The notes: generated by a model not told the origin, from the sequence alone. DNA of 22,891 nt from Pseudomonadota bacterium (GCA_043825875.1 JBDRRF010000112.1:1-22891), one strand, 5' to 3'. Counted from the stretch's first letter, positions 8,353-18,218 are shown. Numbers and translations: made by a program.

Positions 8353-9350
8353 ATATGACACAACTTCCTATAATTAAAGATATTTATGGATTTTTGGGCC
8401 CGGATTTACTGGCGGGTGTTGTAGGGCTTCTGCTGGTTTTAATGTTTGTACCTTTAAATTCCGCATTCCTTGTGTGGGTTGAGAGAAAGGTAGCAGGTCA
8501 TATACAACTTCGCCCCGGTCCTATGGAGGTAGGTCCGCATGGAATTTTACAGAGCCTTATTGATGCCGTAAAATTGATGAGCAAGGAAATGATAACTCCT
8601 GATCTTGCAGACAAACCTCTTTTCTGGCTGGCCCCCTGTATAGTTGTAATACCGGCTATTGTCTGTTTTGTGGTAATTCCGTTCGGTCCGGTAATGCAGA
8701 TCAGAGAGCTTAACGTAGGAATTCTGTTGATTTTCTCATTTTCAAGCATCTCCGGATTATCCATATTAATGGGCGGGTGGGCTTCAAACAACAAATATTC
8801 TCTGATTGGTGCCGTCCGTGCGGTTGCACAGAACATAGCTTATGAAATACCGCTTCTGCTTTCAGCAATGTCGGTTATTATCATGTGCAATTCTTTTAAG
8901 ATGAGTGACATTGTTGCAGCTCAATCACCATATTTTTGGAATGTTATGGTGCAACCGGTTGCCGCTGTTATTTTTATTATCTGTTCAACGGCAGAAACGA
9001 ACCGGGCTCCATTTGACCTTGTGGAAGCCGAATCTGAGCTGGTTTCAGGGTTTCATACCGAATATACCGGTATGAGGGATGCCCTGTTTTTCATGGCGGA
9101 ATATACAGCCATGTTTATAGCTTCTTCCATGGCCGTAGTCCTGTTTTTCGGCGGTTGGCATGGGCCTTTTTTCTCCGGAATTTTCTGGTTCGTTCTAAAG
9201 GCTTACTTACTTGTTTTTGTTACCGTCTGGATAAGATGGACTTTCCCGAGGCTTCGTTTTGATCAGCTTATGAATTTTGCATGGAAAGTGCTTATTCCGA
9301 TCGCTCTTGTAAACCTTTTGGTAACGGCTATTTTTATTAAGGTGTTTTAA
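8349..9350 (+). CDS. nuoH: NADH-quinone oxidoreductase subunit H
   Basis: [59 protein letters not shown]. Confidence 0.96.
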   Translation: MNMTQLPIIKDIYGFLGPDLLAGVVGLLLVLMFVPLNSAFLVWVERKVAGHIQLRPGPMEVGPHGILQSLIDAVKLMSKEMITPDLADKPLFWLAPCIVVIPAIVCFVVIPFGPVMQIRELNVGILLIFSFSSISGLSILMGGWASNNKYSLIGAVRAVAQNIAYEIPLLLSAMSVIIMCNSFKMSDIVAAQSPYFWNVMVQPVAAVIFIICSTAETNRAPFDLVEAESELVSGFHTEYTGMRDALFFMAEYTAMFIASSMAVVLFFGGWHGPFFSGIFWFVLKAYLLVFVTVWIRWTFPRLRFDQLMNFAWKVLIPIALVNLLVTAIFIKVF

Positions 9351-9808
9351 TGAATACTCCGTATGGCTTCAAACAGTACGTTAAAGAAATATATACAGGA
9401 TCAAAGAGCCTCCTCATAGGTATGAGGATAACTTTTAAACATCTCTTTCAGCCTATTGTTACGGTTCAGTATCCACGCCAAAAACCCGTAATGCCTCCTC
9501 ATTTCAGGGGACACATCGAAGCCATTTTGTTTGATGACAACAAAAGTCACCACTGTGTTGCCTGCGGGCTATGTGCTCGAACCTGTCCTTCGCATGTTAT
9601 TAAGGTTCAGGGGGAAAAAACAAAGGCTAGTGATAAAAAATACGGAAAAAAATATTTTATTGATTTTACGAAGTGTAGTCTTTGCGGCTTGTGTGTTGAT
9701 GTTTGTCCTGAAAAGACACTTAAATTTTCCAATGAATATGAATTGGCCTTTTTATCTCGCTGGGATGGGGTTATTGATATAATGCAACGGCTTGAGGAAA
9801 GTAAATGA
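9350..9808 (+). CDS. nuoI: NADH-quinone oxidoreductase subunit I (2x[4Fe-4S])
   Basis: TVQYP, CVACGLCARTCP, CSLCGLCVDVCP. Confidence 0.95.
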   Translation: MNTPYGFKQYVKEIYTGSKSLLIGMRITFKHLFQPIVTVQYPRQKPVMPPHFRGHIEAILFDDNKSHHCVACGLCARTCPSHVIKVQGEKTKASDKKYGKKYFIDFTKCSLCGLCVDVCPEKTLKFSNEYELAFLSRWDGVIDIMQRLEESK

Positions 9809-10341
9809 CAACCACGATTTCAAATCTGATACCGCCGATTATGGTAGCGCAGGCTGCCTTTGCGCTGATGATTGTTTTCACGCTTTCAGGTGCATTTTTA
9901 GCTGTAATACCGAAAAAAATAGTACATAATATTTTAGGTCTTTGTCTTGCCATGTTCGGAATAACAGGGGTTTATCTTTTTCTTGGCAGCCAATTCGTAG
10001 CTATGATGCAATTGCTTATATATGTCGGTGCTATCTGCATGACTTATATATTTGCGATAATGCTTTCCCCTCCGCTTGAAAAAGAATTGCCAAAAAAGAA
10101 TAAATTAAAAGTTATAACTTCGGTGGCAGTAAGTTCGGTTGTTTTTATCGTTATGGTCAAGATGATTATGAGCCTTAAATTTGAGCCACTGACAGATATA
10201 ACCCGTGACTGGTCCATCAAAGCTCTTGGGAATGAACTGCTTGGCCGTTATTTTCTAGTTTTTGAATTGATTTCTCTGCTTTTGGCCATTGCAATTATAG
10301 GATCTATTATGGTCGCAAGTTTTGTCCGGAAAAAGGATTAA
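9805..10341 (+). CDS. nuoJ: NADH-quinone oxidoreductase subunit J
   Basis: QLLIYVGAI, LGNELLGRYFLVFELISLLL; operon position. Confidence 0.93.
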   Translation: MTTTISNLIPPIMVAQAAFALMIVFTLSGAFLAVIPKKIVHNILGLCLAMFGITGVYLFLGSQFVAMMQLLIYVGAICMTYIFAIMLSPPLEKELPKKNKLKVITSVAVSSVVFIVMVKMIMSLKFEPLTDITRDWSIKALGNELLGRYFLVFELISLLLAIAIIGSIMVASFVRKKD

Positions 10342-10344
10342 CAC

Positions 10345-10653
10345 ATGGAATGTCTTACAACATATTTAATTCTTGGCGCTTTGTTATTTTGTATCGGAAT
10401 ATACGGAATATTACAGCATACAACTCTTATAGGTATGCTTATCGCAACCGAACTGATGCTAAACGGTGCTGCAATTAATTTCATGGCTTTTAATATGTTT
10501 TTATCAAAAAATCCGGCATCAGGTCAGATATTTACTTTGTTTATCATGGGTGTTGCGGCTGCCGAGGCTGCCGTTGCTCTGAGTATTATTATTACCGTCT
10601 ATCGTAATTTTAAGACAATTAATGCTGATAGTGTCAGCGAACTGAAAGGTTAG
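10345..10653 (+). CDS. nuoK: NADH-quinone oxidoreductase subunit K
   Basis: TELMLNG, GQIF, AAAEAAVAL, C-terminal LKG. Confidence 0.95.
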   Translation: MECLTTYLILGALLFCIGIYGILQHTTLIGMLIATELMLNGAAINFMAFNMFLSKNPASGQIFTLFIMGVAAAEAAVALSIIITVYRNFKTINADSVSELKG

Positions 10654-10667
10654 ATACTTAAAGCCAA

Positions 10668-12194
10668 ATGGAAACCATTATCACTATAAAGCCGGTTGTT
10701 GCAGTCCTGATATCTCTTATTGCGTCACTGCTGATTATGGCTACTCCTAAAAAACCAAATCTTAGAGAGACCTGGTCTGTTTTAGGCGCAGTGGCTACTT
10801 TTCTTACAATCCTTTCCATGATGCCACTGATACTATCGGGGAAAGCACTTGAATTTACGCCATTTGTTATATTGCCTGGCATTTCGCTAAAATTCAGGGT
10901 TGATGCACTCGGGCTTCTTTTCGGAATAATAGCCTCCTTTCTCTGGATTCTGGTTACGTTTTATAATATCGGTTATATGCGTTCATTAAAGGAACACGCG
11001 CAAACCAGATACTATACCTGTTTTGCTTTAGCTATATTCGGGGCTATAGGTGTTGCCTTTTCGGGCAATTTGTTTACATTGTATTTATTTTATGAGCTTA
11101 TCACAATTTTTACATATCCGCTGGTTTCCCACCATCAGGATGAAGAATCCTATGAGGGTGCCAGAAAATATATGGTATATCTTACCGGTACGGCCAAGTC
11201 ATTTTTCCTTCCGGCAATTGTTTTAACATATATTTTGGCAGGCACTTTAGATTTTGCCCCATCCGGCATTATGAACGGAATATTTCCTGAAACGGCAAAT
11301 CCGACTCTTGTTACAATTACATATATTCTGTACCTTGCCGGATTTGCAAAAGCTGCGCTAATGCCGTTTCATAACTGGTTACCGTCGGCGATGGTTGCGC
11401 CCACACCTGTTAGTGCTCTGCTTCATGCAGTGGCCGTTGTTAAAGCCGGAGTTTTTTGTACAAGCAGGGTTATGCTTTCGGTTTTTGGTGTGGAACTGAT
11501 GAATTCCTTAAATTTAGGAATTCCTACTGCCTATCTGGCATCATTTACCATTCTGATGGCTTCAATTATTGCTCTTACAAAAGATGACTTAAAAGCAAGG
11601 CTTGCCTATTCTACAGTAAGTCAGCTTTCATATGTTATTTTAGGTGTCGCTCTTCTTACACCAAGCGGAGTTACAGGAGGGCTGATTCATATTGCAAACC
11701 ATGCTTTTTCCAAAATAACGCTTTTTATGTGTGCAGGTTCAATTTATGTTGCTCTTCACACTAAAAAAATCAGCGAAATGGGCGGTATCGCAAAACAGAT
11801 GCCATTTACTATAGCAGCATTTAGTATTGCAGCGTTAAGCATGATCGGAGTTCCTCTTGTTTGCGGATTTGTGACAAAATGGTATTTGGCAATTGGAACA
11901 ATGCAGGCGCATAATACTATTCTTCTGGTAGTTCTTCTGGCCAGTACTATTTTAAATACTGCTTATTTCTTTCCTGTGATATTAAAAACTATATTTGGAA
12001 AGCCAAGAGAAGGTGATCCGGGAGCCCTGCACACCGGGCGTCATGAAGCACCTGCAGTTATGGTTATTCCTTTGTTACTAACAGCTACAGCATCCGTACT
12101 TATGGGCCTTTATCCGGATTATTTCATGAATATTGTAAAGTCGTTTGATCCGGATTACTTAATGAATACAATCAAGGCGGTTTTAACATTATGA
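10668..12194 (+). CDS. Extra antiporter-like membrane subunit (MrpD / NuoL-M-N superfamily)
   Basis: FYELIT, GFAKAALMPFHNWLPSAMVAPTPVSALLHA, LAYSTVSQL, HAFSK, GFVTKW. No long C-terminal lateral helix. Confidence 0.88.
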   Translation: METIITIKPVVAVLISLIASLLIMATPKKPNLRETWSVLGAVATFLTILSMMPLILSGKALEFTPFVILPGISLKFRVDALGLLFGIIASFLWILVTFYNIGYMRSLKEHAQTRYYTCFALAIFGAIGVAFSGNLFTLYLFYELITIFTYPLVSHHQDEESYEGARKYMVYLTGTAKSFFLPAIVLTYILAGTLDFAPSGIMNGIFPETANPTLVTITYILYLAGFAKAALMPFHNWLPSAMVAPTPVSALLHAVAVVKAGVFCTSRVMLSVFGVELMNSLNLGIPTAYLASFTILMASIIALTKDDLKARLAYSTVSQLSYVILGVALLTPSGVTGGLIHIANHAFSKITLFMCAGSIYVALHTKKISEMGGIAKQMPFTIAAFSIAALSMIGVPLVCGFVTKWYLAIGTMQAHNTILLVVLLASTILNTAYFFPVILKTIFGKPREGDPGALHTGRHEAPAVMVIPLLLTATASVLMGLYPDYFMNIVKSFDPDYLMNTIKAVLTL

Positions 12195-12493
12195 ATTTTG
12201 CAGAACCAATACAATATTTAAGAGACAATCTTAAAAAAGTAAAGATTGCTATGTGGATATGTATAGCAGGGTCTCTTGTGTTTGATGTTTGTATTAAACT
12301 TTTTGGAGCGCATCATGGTGCTGAACATGGAGAGCATCATGTTCTTACATGGGCTGAAAAAATCTACATTTGGGCAGAAACGATTCCATGTTTCTGGTCT
12401 ATTTTCGGTCTGATATGCACCATTCTTCTTATCCGGGTTATGAAGGGTTTATCGCATACTGTGTTGATGAGAAAAGAGGGTTACTATGACTGA
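12191..12493 (+). CDS. Small two-TM membrane protein with His-rich loop, probable accessory subunit
   Basis: Overlaps both neighbours. Two hydrophobic segments flank HHGAEHGEHH; ends LMRKEGYYD. Confidence 0.75.
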   Translation: MNFAEPIQYLRDNLKKVKIAMWICIAGSLVFDVCIKLFGAHHGAEHGEHHVLTWAEKIYIWAETIPCFWSIFGLICTILLIRVMKGLSHTVLMRKEGYYD

Positions 12494-14255
12494 TTTCATA
12501 CATCCGGCGATATTTTTTATTTTTGGTGCATTACTTATCCCTTTAATTCCGAAAAAGTTTAAAAAAATATTTTTGCTTGGATTACCGCTTATTGCATTTT
12601 ATTGTGTACTTAACATGAAAACCGGCGTGTATGGTGCTTATAACTACTTGGACTTTGACATAGTATTTGGTCGGGTTGATAGTTTAAGTAAAGTTTTTGC
12701 TCATGTTTTTACTCTTATGTCATTTATAGGTGTACTTTTCGGCATTCATGTAGAAGATGATTCACAACATATAGCTTCCTATTTTTATGTAGGGGGTTCA
12801 TTAGGGGTTGTCTTTGCCGGAGATTATCTTACGGTTTTTATCTTCTGGGAAATGATGGCGCTGGCATCTACATTTTTGATCTGGTTCAGACGAGAACCGG
12901 CATCATTGAAATCAGGTCAACGTTATCTTCTTATGCATATATTTGGCGGGCTTCTCTTGCTTGGTGGTATTTTCTTACATTACCAAAAAACCGGAAGTAT
13001 AGCATTTGTTCAACTTTTCCCGGAAAATGCCGGTATTGCCGAATACTTGATTCTTGCAGGTTTTGCTTTAAATGCTGCTGTATTTCCACTGCACGCCTGG
13101 CTTCCCGATGCGTATCCTGAGGCAACAGTTACAGGCGCAGTATTTATGTGTGCTTTTACTACCAAAACAGCAGTATATGTTTTAGCCCGTGGTTTTCAGG
13201 GTTTTGAAGTTCTGGCTATTATGGGTACGGTAATGACAATTTATGGAGTATGTTACGCTACCATTGAAAACGATATGCGGCGCATCCTTTCTTACCATAT
13301 TATAAGTCAGGTAGGCTACATGGTTGCTGGCGTTGGGATAGGTGGCGCACTTGCAATAAATGGTGCTTGCGCTCATGCTTATGCCCATATCCTTTATAAA
13401 GCGCTGCTTTTTATGGGAGCTGGTTCTGTTTTAATGATGACCGGAACATCCAAATTAAATGAATTGGGCGGCCTTTATAAGTATATGCCCTTAACAATGA
13501 TTTTTTATATAATTGGCGGCATTTCAATTTCCGGCTTTCCTTTTTTCAGCGGATTTGTAAGCAAATCAATGGTAATTGCAGGCGCTGCAGAAGGTGGCCA
13601 CCAGTATTTGATGCTTTTGATGTTGTTGGCAGCTGTAGGTACATTTCTTTCTGTTGGATTAAAGCTTCCATATTTTGCTTTTTTTGGAAAGGACTGTGGC
13701 CTTAAGCCCAAAGAACCGCCGAAAAATATGCTTTGGGCAATGGGTATTGCAGCATTTTTATGTTTTATAATCGGTGTTTATCCGAAAGCATTATATGATT
13801 TGTTGCCTTTCAAAGAAGCAGCGCTTGAATTTCATCCTTATAATATGGCGCATATGTCGGAAACTTTACAGATCCTGCTTTTTACAGGTCTTGGATTTTT
13901 CTTACTGCTTAAGAGATTACAACCTGAAGACAAAATCAACCTGGATTTTGACTGGTTCTATCGCAATATCTTAAATGGATTTATGTGGTTTGACCAAAAT
14001 ATAATCCAGACAATTGATTCTGCTTGGGGTAATGTTTGGAAGAATGTTGGAATAAAAGTGTTGATGATGTCTATCGCAAGGTTTTTTGCATGGTTTGACC
14101 GTTGGGCAATAGATGGTGTGGTAGATAATGTAGCATATGGAACAAGATGGATTGGAGATAAAGCTCGAAAAATTCAAACGGGGAATCTGCAAAACTATCT
14201 GGCCTTAGCTATTTTAATAATTTTTGTTATTGTCGGTGTTCACTGGTTTTTATAA
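12486..14255 (+). CDS. Antiporter-like subunit with MrpD-like core and NuoL-type C-terminal lateral helix and anchor TM (functional NuoL equivalent)
   Basis: FWEMM, PLHAWLPDAYP, TTK, LSYHIISQVG, GFVSK; C-terminal DWFY...IDGVVD...RKIQTG..QNY followed by a final TM. Confidence 0.88.
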   Translation: MTDFIHPAIFFIFGALLIPLIPKKFKKIFLLGLPLIAFYCVLNMKTGVYGAYNYLDFDIVFGRVDSLSKVFAHVFTLMSFIGVLFGIHVEDDSQHIASYFYVGGSLGVVFAGDYLTVFIFWEMMALASTFLIWFRREPASLKSGQRYLLMHIFGGLLLLGGIFLHYQKTGSIAFVQLFPENAGIAEYLILAGFALNAAVFPLHAWLPDAYPEATVTGAVFMCAFTTKTAVYVLARGFQGFEVLAIMGTVMTIYGVCYATIENDMRRILSYHIISQVGYMVAGVGIGGALAINGACAHAYAHILYKALLFMGAGSVLMMTGTSKLNELGGLYKYMPLTMIFYIIGGISISGFPFFSGFVSKSMVIAGAAEGGHQYLMLLMLLAAVGTFLSVGLKLPYFAFFGKDCGLKPKEPPKNMLWAMGIAAFLCFIIGVYPKALYDLLPFKEAALEFHPYNMAHMSETLQILLFTGLGFFLLLKRLQPEDKINLDFDWFYRNILNGFMWFDQNIIQTIDSAWGNVWKNVGIKVLMMSIARFFAWFDRWAIDGVVDNVAYGTRWIGDKARKIQTGNLQNYLALAILIIFVIVGVHWFL

Positions 14256-14363
14256 TTTAAAATTTATTAAACCGGATGAATTTATTTGAAGTTATCAATG
14301 TTAACCGCCTCGGGCGGGATTACGAAGCCTTCAGGTTTAATTACTTCAGGAAAATATATATAA

Positions 14364-15866
14364 ATGGATTTTTTAATTCCCAATCAGCTTAATTATCCCA
14401 TTTTGAGCGTTTTAATATTTGCGCCCCTGGCCGGAGCTGTTGTTCTTTTCATGATCCGGAATGAGACTGTTGCAAGAATATGGACTTTATTTGTGAGTCT
14501 GGCTGTTTTTGCGCTTTCACTGCCTCTTTATTTTAATTTTGATAAAACTACTCATATATATCAATTTGGAGAGCATTTATCCTGGATTCCGGCATTTGAT
14601 ATCAATTATACTCTTGGAATAGACGGTATCAGTCTGCTTCTTGTGCTTTTAAGTACATTTCTAATTCCAATTTGTGTTCTGGCATCCTGGAAATATATTG
14701 ACAAGAGGGTTAAGGAATTTCATTTTTGTCTTCTTCTTATGGGCAGCGCTTGTGTTGGTATTTTTACATCTCTGGATTTTGTACTGTTTTATATTTTCTG
14801 GGAAGCAATGCTGATTCCAATGTATTTGCTTATTGCTGTCTGGGGTGGCACGGAAAAAGTATATGCATCAATCAAGTTTTTTATTTACACAATGGTTGGC
14901 AGTGTATTTCTTTTAGTTGCAATGATAGCTTTATATCTTAAAACCGGCACTTTTTCTATTCCCACAATAATGACAATGACTCAGACTTTTTCTTTTGGTT
15001 TTCAATTCTGGGTATTTCTTGCTTTTGGAATTGCTTTTGCTATTAAAGTACCGATGGCTCCGTTTCATACATGGTTACCTGCAGCGCATGTTCAGGCACC
15101 AACGGCAGGAAGCGTTTTGCTTGCAAGTGTTTTGCTGAAAATGGGAACGTATGGATTTGTTAGATTTTGCCTGCCCATAACGCCAAATGCGAGTTTGCAT
15201 TTTGCTCCATACATTCTTGTTATGTCGGTTATATCTATCGTCTATGGCGGGTATGTCGCTCTGGGTCAAACCGATATGAAAAAGCTTATTGCTTATTCTA
15301 GTGTTGCTCATATGGGTTTTGTTACACTTGGTACATTTTTCTTTAATAAGTATGGTCTTGAAGGGGCCATATTACAGATGATAAATCATGGAATAACAAC
15401 CGGCGCGCTCTTTTTATGTGTAGGTATTATTTATGAAAGGAGCCACAGCCGTTTGATAGCAGATAATGCCGGAATTGCTAAAATAATGCCGATTTATATT
15501 GGTTTTTTTGGTTTTTTCTGTCTTTCCTCAATGGCCTTTCCCGGTACAAACAGCTTCGTTGGTGAGTTGTTAATTTTGATAGGAGCTTTTGCGGATTATA
15601 AAATAATCGGTGCTTTGAGTATTCCGGGAGTTGTACTTGCAGCGGCATATATGCTGCATTTGCTTCAAAGAGTTGCATGGGGTGGAAAACCGGATTCACA
15701 TCATTTTTTTGATTTAAAAATAAGAGAGATTATTTACTTAGCTCCTCTTGTAATTTTGGTTTTATGGATTGGTTTTTCTCCTGGCCCATTTTTAGATGTT
15801 ATTCATGTGAGTGTTGATCATCTTTTGGAACAGATACATATGGCAGGCGCTGTACCTTTACATTAA
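14364..15866 (+). CDS. nuoM: NADH-quinone oxidoreductase subunit M
   Basis: LGIDGISL, FYIFWE, FAIKVPMAPFHTWLP, LLKMGTYG, AYSSVAHMG, FVGE. Confidence 0.95.
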   Translation: MDFLIPNQLNYPILSVLIFAPLAGAVVLFMIRNETVARIWTLFVSLAVFALSLPLYFNFDKTTHIYQFGEHLSWIPAFDINYTLGIDGISLLLVLLSTFLIPICVLASWKYIDKRVKEFHFCLLLMGSACVGIFTSLDFVLFYIFWEAMLIPMYLLIAVWGGTEKVYASIKFFIYTMVGSVFLLVAMIALYLKTGTFSIPTIMTMTQTFSFGFQFWVFLAFGIAFAIKVPMAPFHTWLPAAHVQAPTAGSVLLASVLLKMGTYGFVRFCLPITPNASLHFAPYILVMSVISIVYGGYVALGQTDMKKLIAYSSVAHMGFVTLGTFFFNKYGLEGAILQMINHGITTGALFLCVGIIYERSHSRLIADNAGIAKIMPIYIGFFGFFCLSSMAFPGTNSFVGELLILIGAFADYKIIGALSIPGVVLAAAYMLHLLQRVAWGGKPDSHHFFDLKIREIIYLAPLVILVLWIGFSPGPFLDVIHVSVDHLLEQIHMAGAVPLH

Positions 15867-15990
15867 TATTAAATGCAGCATGTTATTTTTTAATAATTTT
15901 AACAAATATAATAAACTCGTATAAAGCTATATTTAATTAAATGAGCCTTATTAAGTTTTCAATTTCAATGATTCTAAGGAATAAATAATA

Positions 15991-17409
15991 ATGGATGTCG
16001 TATTATTTCTGCCGGAAACCTATCTGCTCTTGATGGCACTGGTTTTTTTCTGCCAATCTTTATGGAAATCATCTGCTCAATTGAATCAGGGTATAGCTGT
16101 ATTTCTTTCCGGCATCGGAGTAATCATTAATCTTTATACTTTTAATATGACCGGAGATCTTTTCCATCTATCTTACCGTGTTGATCTTTTTTCACAAACA
16201 TTTAAGTTTCTAATAAGCGTTGGGCTGTTTTTAATTACAATACTTTGTATGAAGAATAAAAGTATAGAAGAAAAGCTACAGCCTGAGTTTTATATGTTTC
16301 TTTGCATAAGTTCACTAGGTCTTATGCTTATGGTAAGCAGTGTTGAGCTTATAACAATATTTATTGCAATGGAATTATCTTCATACTCACTTTATATCCT
16401 AATACCGATAAGTAAGGATATTAGTCACGGAAGAATAGAGGCGGCTGTTAAATATATTCTTTTCGGAGCAGCAGCTACAGCTATTATGCTTTTTGGTATG
16501 AGTTATATCTTCGGAATTACACAGACTACATACCTGTCAGAAATTATGGTAAAAATGCCGGAAATAATTGGGCAGCCGATGGGTGTAGTTGGTCTTCTTT
16601 TGATTCTTTGCGGATTTTTCTACAAGCTATCAGTTGTTCCATTTCATTTTTGGACTCCTGATATATATGAAGGTACTGCAAATGAGACAGTTACTTTTAT
16701 TGCGACTATGCCTAAGCTTGCGGCAGCTGCCCTGCTTATAAGAATTGTAAGTCTTGCAGCTCCTGGATCGGTTGACCTGGTTCAGGTTTTGGTTGTTATT
16801 GCGGCTGTTTCAATGACTTTCGGCAATATTGCAGCGCTTGTTCAAAAAGACCTCAAACGTCTTCTTGCTTATTCCAGCATTGCCCATGCAGGTTATATAC
16901 TTCTTGGTATTTTAACTCTAAAAGTCGATGGTTATTCCGCAGTTGTTTTTCATATTACAGCATATATGCTTATGAATCTTGCATGCTTTCTTGTTATAAC
17001 CAATGTTTCAAAGGAAGGGAAAAATGTTACTATAAGCGATCTTTCCGGTCTTCATAAGCGTTCTCCATTGCTGGCCTTGACTTTGGCAGTTGGTTTTTTT
17101 GGACTTGCCGGGATTCCACCTACGGCAGGATTTACAGGAAAATTTTTCCTTTTTATTGCGGCTTTAAATGAAGGGCACCTTGCATTGATCATAATAGCTG
17201 CAGTTAATACGGCTATTTCTATTTTTTATTATCTTAATGTCGTTCGTTCGGCATATGGGCAGGATCCTGATGGATTACCGGCAGTGCAAGTAAGTTTTTC
17301 CAATAGATTATTAAATTACAGTTTAATAATTGCTATATTAATTTTGGGTACTATGCCGTCAAGATTCATTGAATTGGCGCGAACAGCCTGTGAAACGATA
17401 AAATTGTAA
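15991..17409 (+). CDS. nuoN: NADH-quinone oxidoreductase subunit N
   Basis: EAAVKY, FYKLSVVPFHFWTPDIYEG, KRLLAYSSIAHAGY, GIPPTAGFTGKF. Confidence 0.95.
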   Translation: MDVVLFLPETYLLLMALVFFCQSLWKSSAQLNQGIAVFLSGIGVIINLYTFNMTGDLFHLSYRVDLFSQTFKFLISVGLFLITILCMKNKSIEEKLQPEFYMFLCISSLGLMLMVSSVELITIFIAMELSSYSLYILIPISKDISHGRIEAAVKYILFGAAATAIMLFGMSYIFGITQTTYLSEIMVKMPEIIGQPMGVVGLLLILCGFFYKLSVVPFHFWTPDIYEGTANETVTFIATMPKLAAAALLIRIVSLAAPGSVDLVQVLVVIAAVSMTFGNIAALVQKDLKRLLAYSSIAHAGYILLGILTLKVDGYSAVVFHITAYMLMNLACFLVITNVSKEGKNVTISDLSGLHKRSPLLALTLAVGFFGLAGIPPTAGFTGKFFLFIAALNEGHLALIIIAAVNTAISIFYYLNVVRSAYGQDPDGLPAVQVSFSNRLLNYSLIIAILILGTMPSRFIELARTACETIKL

Positions 17410-17422
17410 ACGGAGTAAATAA

Positions 17423-18151
17423 ATGTCGGCAGAAGCTACAAATTGCATAGAAAAACCTCAGTCCCAGGATATGACGGGTATTTCGGGTAATCAGCCAAGA
17501 ATTACGGTTTGCGGGGTGGGGAATTCGGCATCTACCTGTGGTGGGGATGCTATATATAAGGGGTTAATAGCAGAATCCAAACGTCTAAATATTCCAGTTG
17601 TTGTAGAGCCTGCAAAATGCGGTTGTAGTGGTAAATGTAATAATGGTACATATATCAGTTTGCCACATCTTGGCCTTTTCTATCACAAAGTCAAAGAAGC
17701 CCATATCCCAATAATTTTAAAAGAAACAATAGGTAACAAAAAAATATTATTTCCCATTTTATATGTCAATCCTCTTCAAAGTATACGCGAGGATCTGATT
17801 TGGGATAAAACAAGCAGTTGTATTATGACCATGGATCCATCTGTTTGCATGGTTGAAATTGCTGAGTATCTTATAAAATTTCATGCTAACGAGTCATGCG
17901 GGAAATGTGTTCCATGCCGTCTGGGAATTCAGCGGCTTATAGAACTTATTTCAGGCGTTGCAAATGGCAAGGCACCTGATAATGCAGTTGTTCAGATGGA
18001 GACTATGATTCAACTCACAGATCAGGCGGCATATTGTGATTTTGCCGGAAAAGTATCGAAAATAATTATGGCCATTGTGTCAAATTTTAAGGAAGAATTT
18101 GAAAAGCATATAAAAGAGAAACGCTGCCAGTTTGGAGTTTGCAGTTTTTAA
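17423..18151 (+). CDS. Internally deleted NuoF/HydB-like Fe-S protein: thioredoxin-like [2Fe-2S] domain fused to the NuoF C-terminal [4Fe-4S] domain, lacking the FMN/NADH domain
   Basis: N-terminal ITVC..C...GCSGKC...FYHKV; C-terminal CMVE..ESCGKCVPCRLG...YC...HIKEKRCQFGVC. No RGRGGAGF, NADE or YICGEE motifs. Confidence 0.8.
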   Translation: MSAEATNCIEKPQSQDMTGISGNQPRITVCGVGNSASTCGGDAIYKGLIAESKRLNIPVVVEPAKCGCSGKCNNGTYISLPHLGLFYHKVKEAHIPIILKETIGNKKILFPILYVNPLQSIREDLIWDKTSSCIMTMDPSVCMVEIAEYLIKFHANESCGKCVPCRLGIQRLIELISGVANGKAPDNAVVQMETMIQLTDQAAYCDFAGKVSKIIMAIVSNFKEEFEKHIKEKRCQFGVCSF

Positions 18152-18218
18152 TTAATAGGTGTACCGGCATTATTGTTTTGGCTGGTTATAAATGATAGAG
18201 ACGGAAAAGAGAATAAAT

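Noticed and set aside
10668..14255. Stand-alone Mrp Na+/H+ antiporter operon
   Set aside because: No MrpB/E/F/G genes are present. The genes are embedded between nuoK and nuoM, and one carries a NuoL-type C-terminus.
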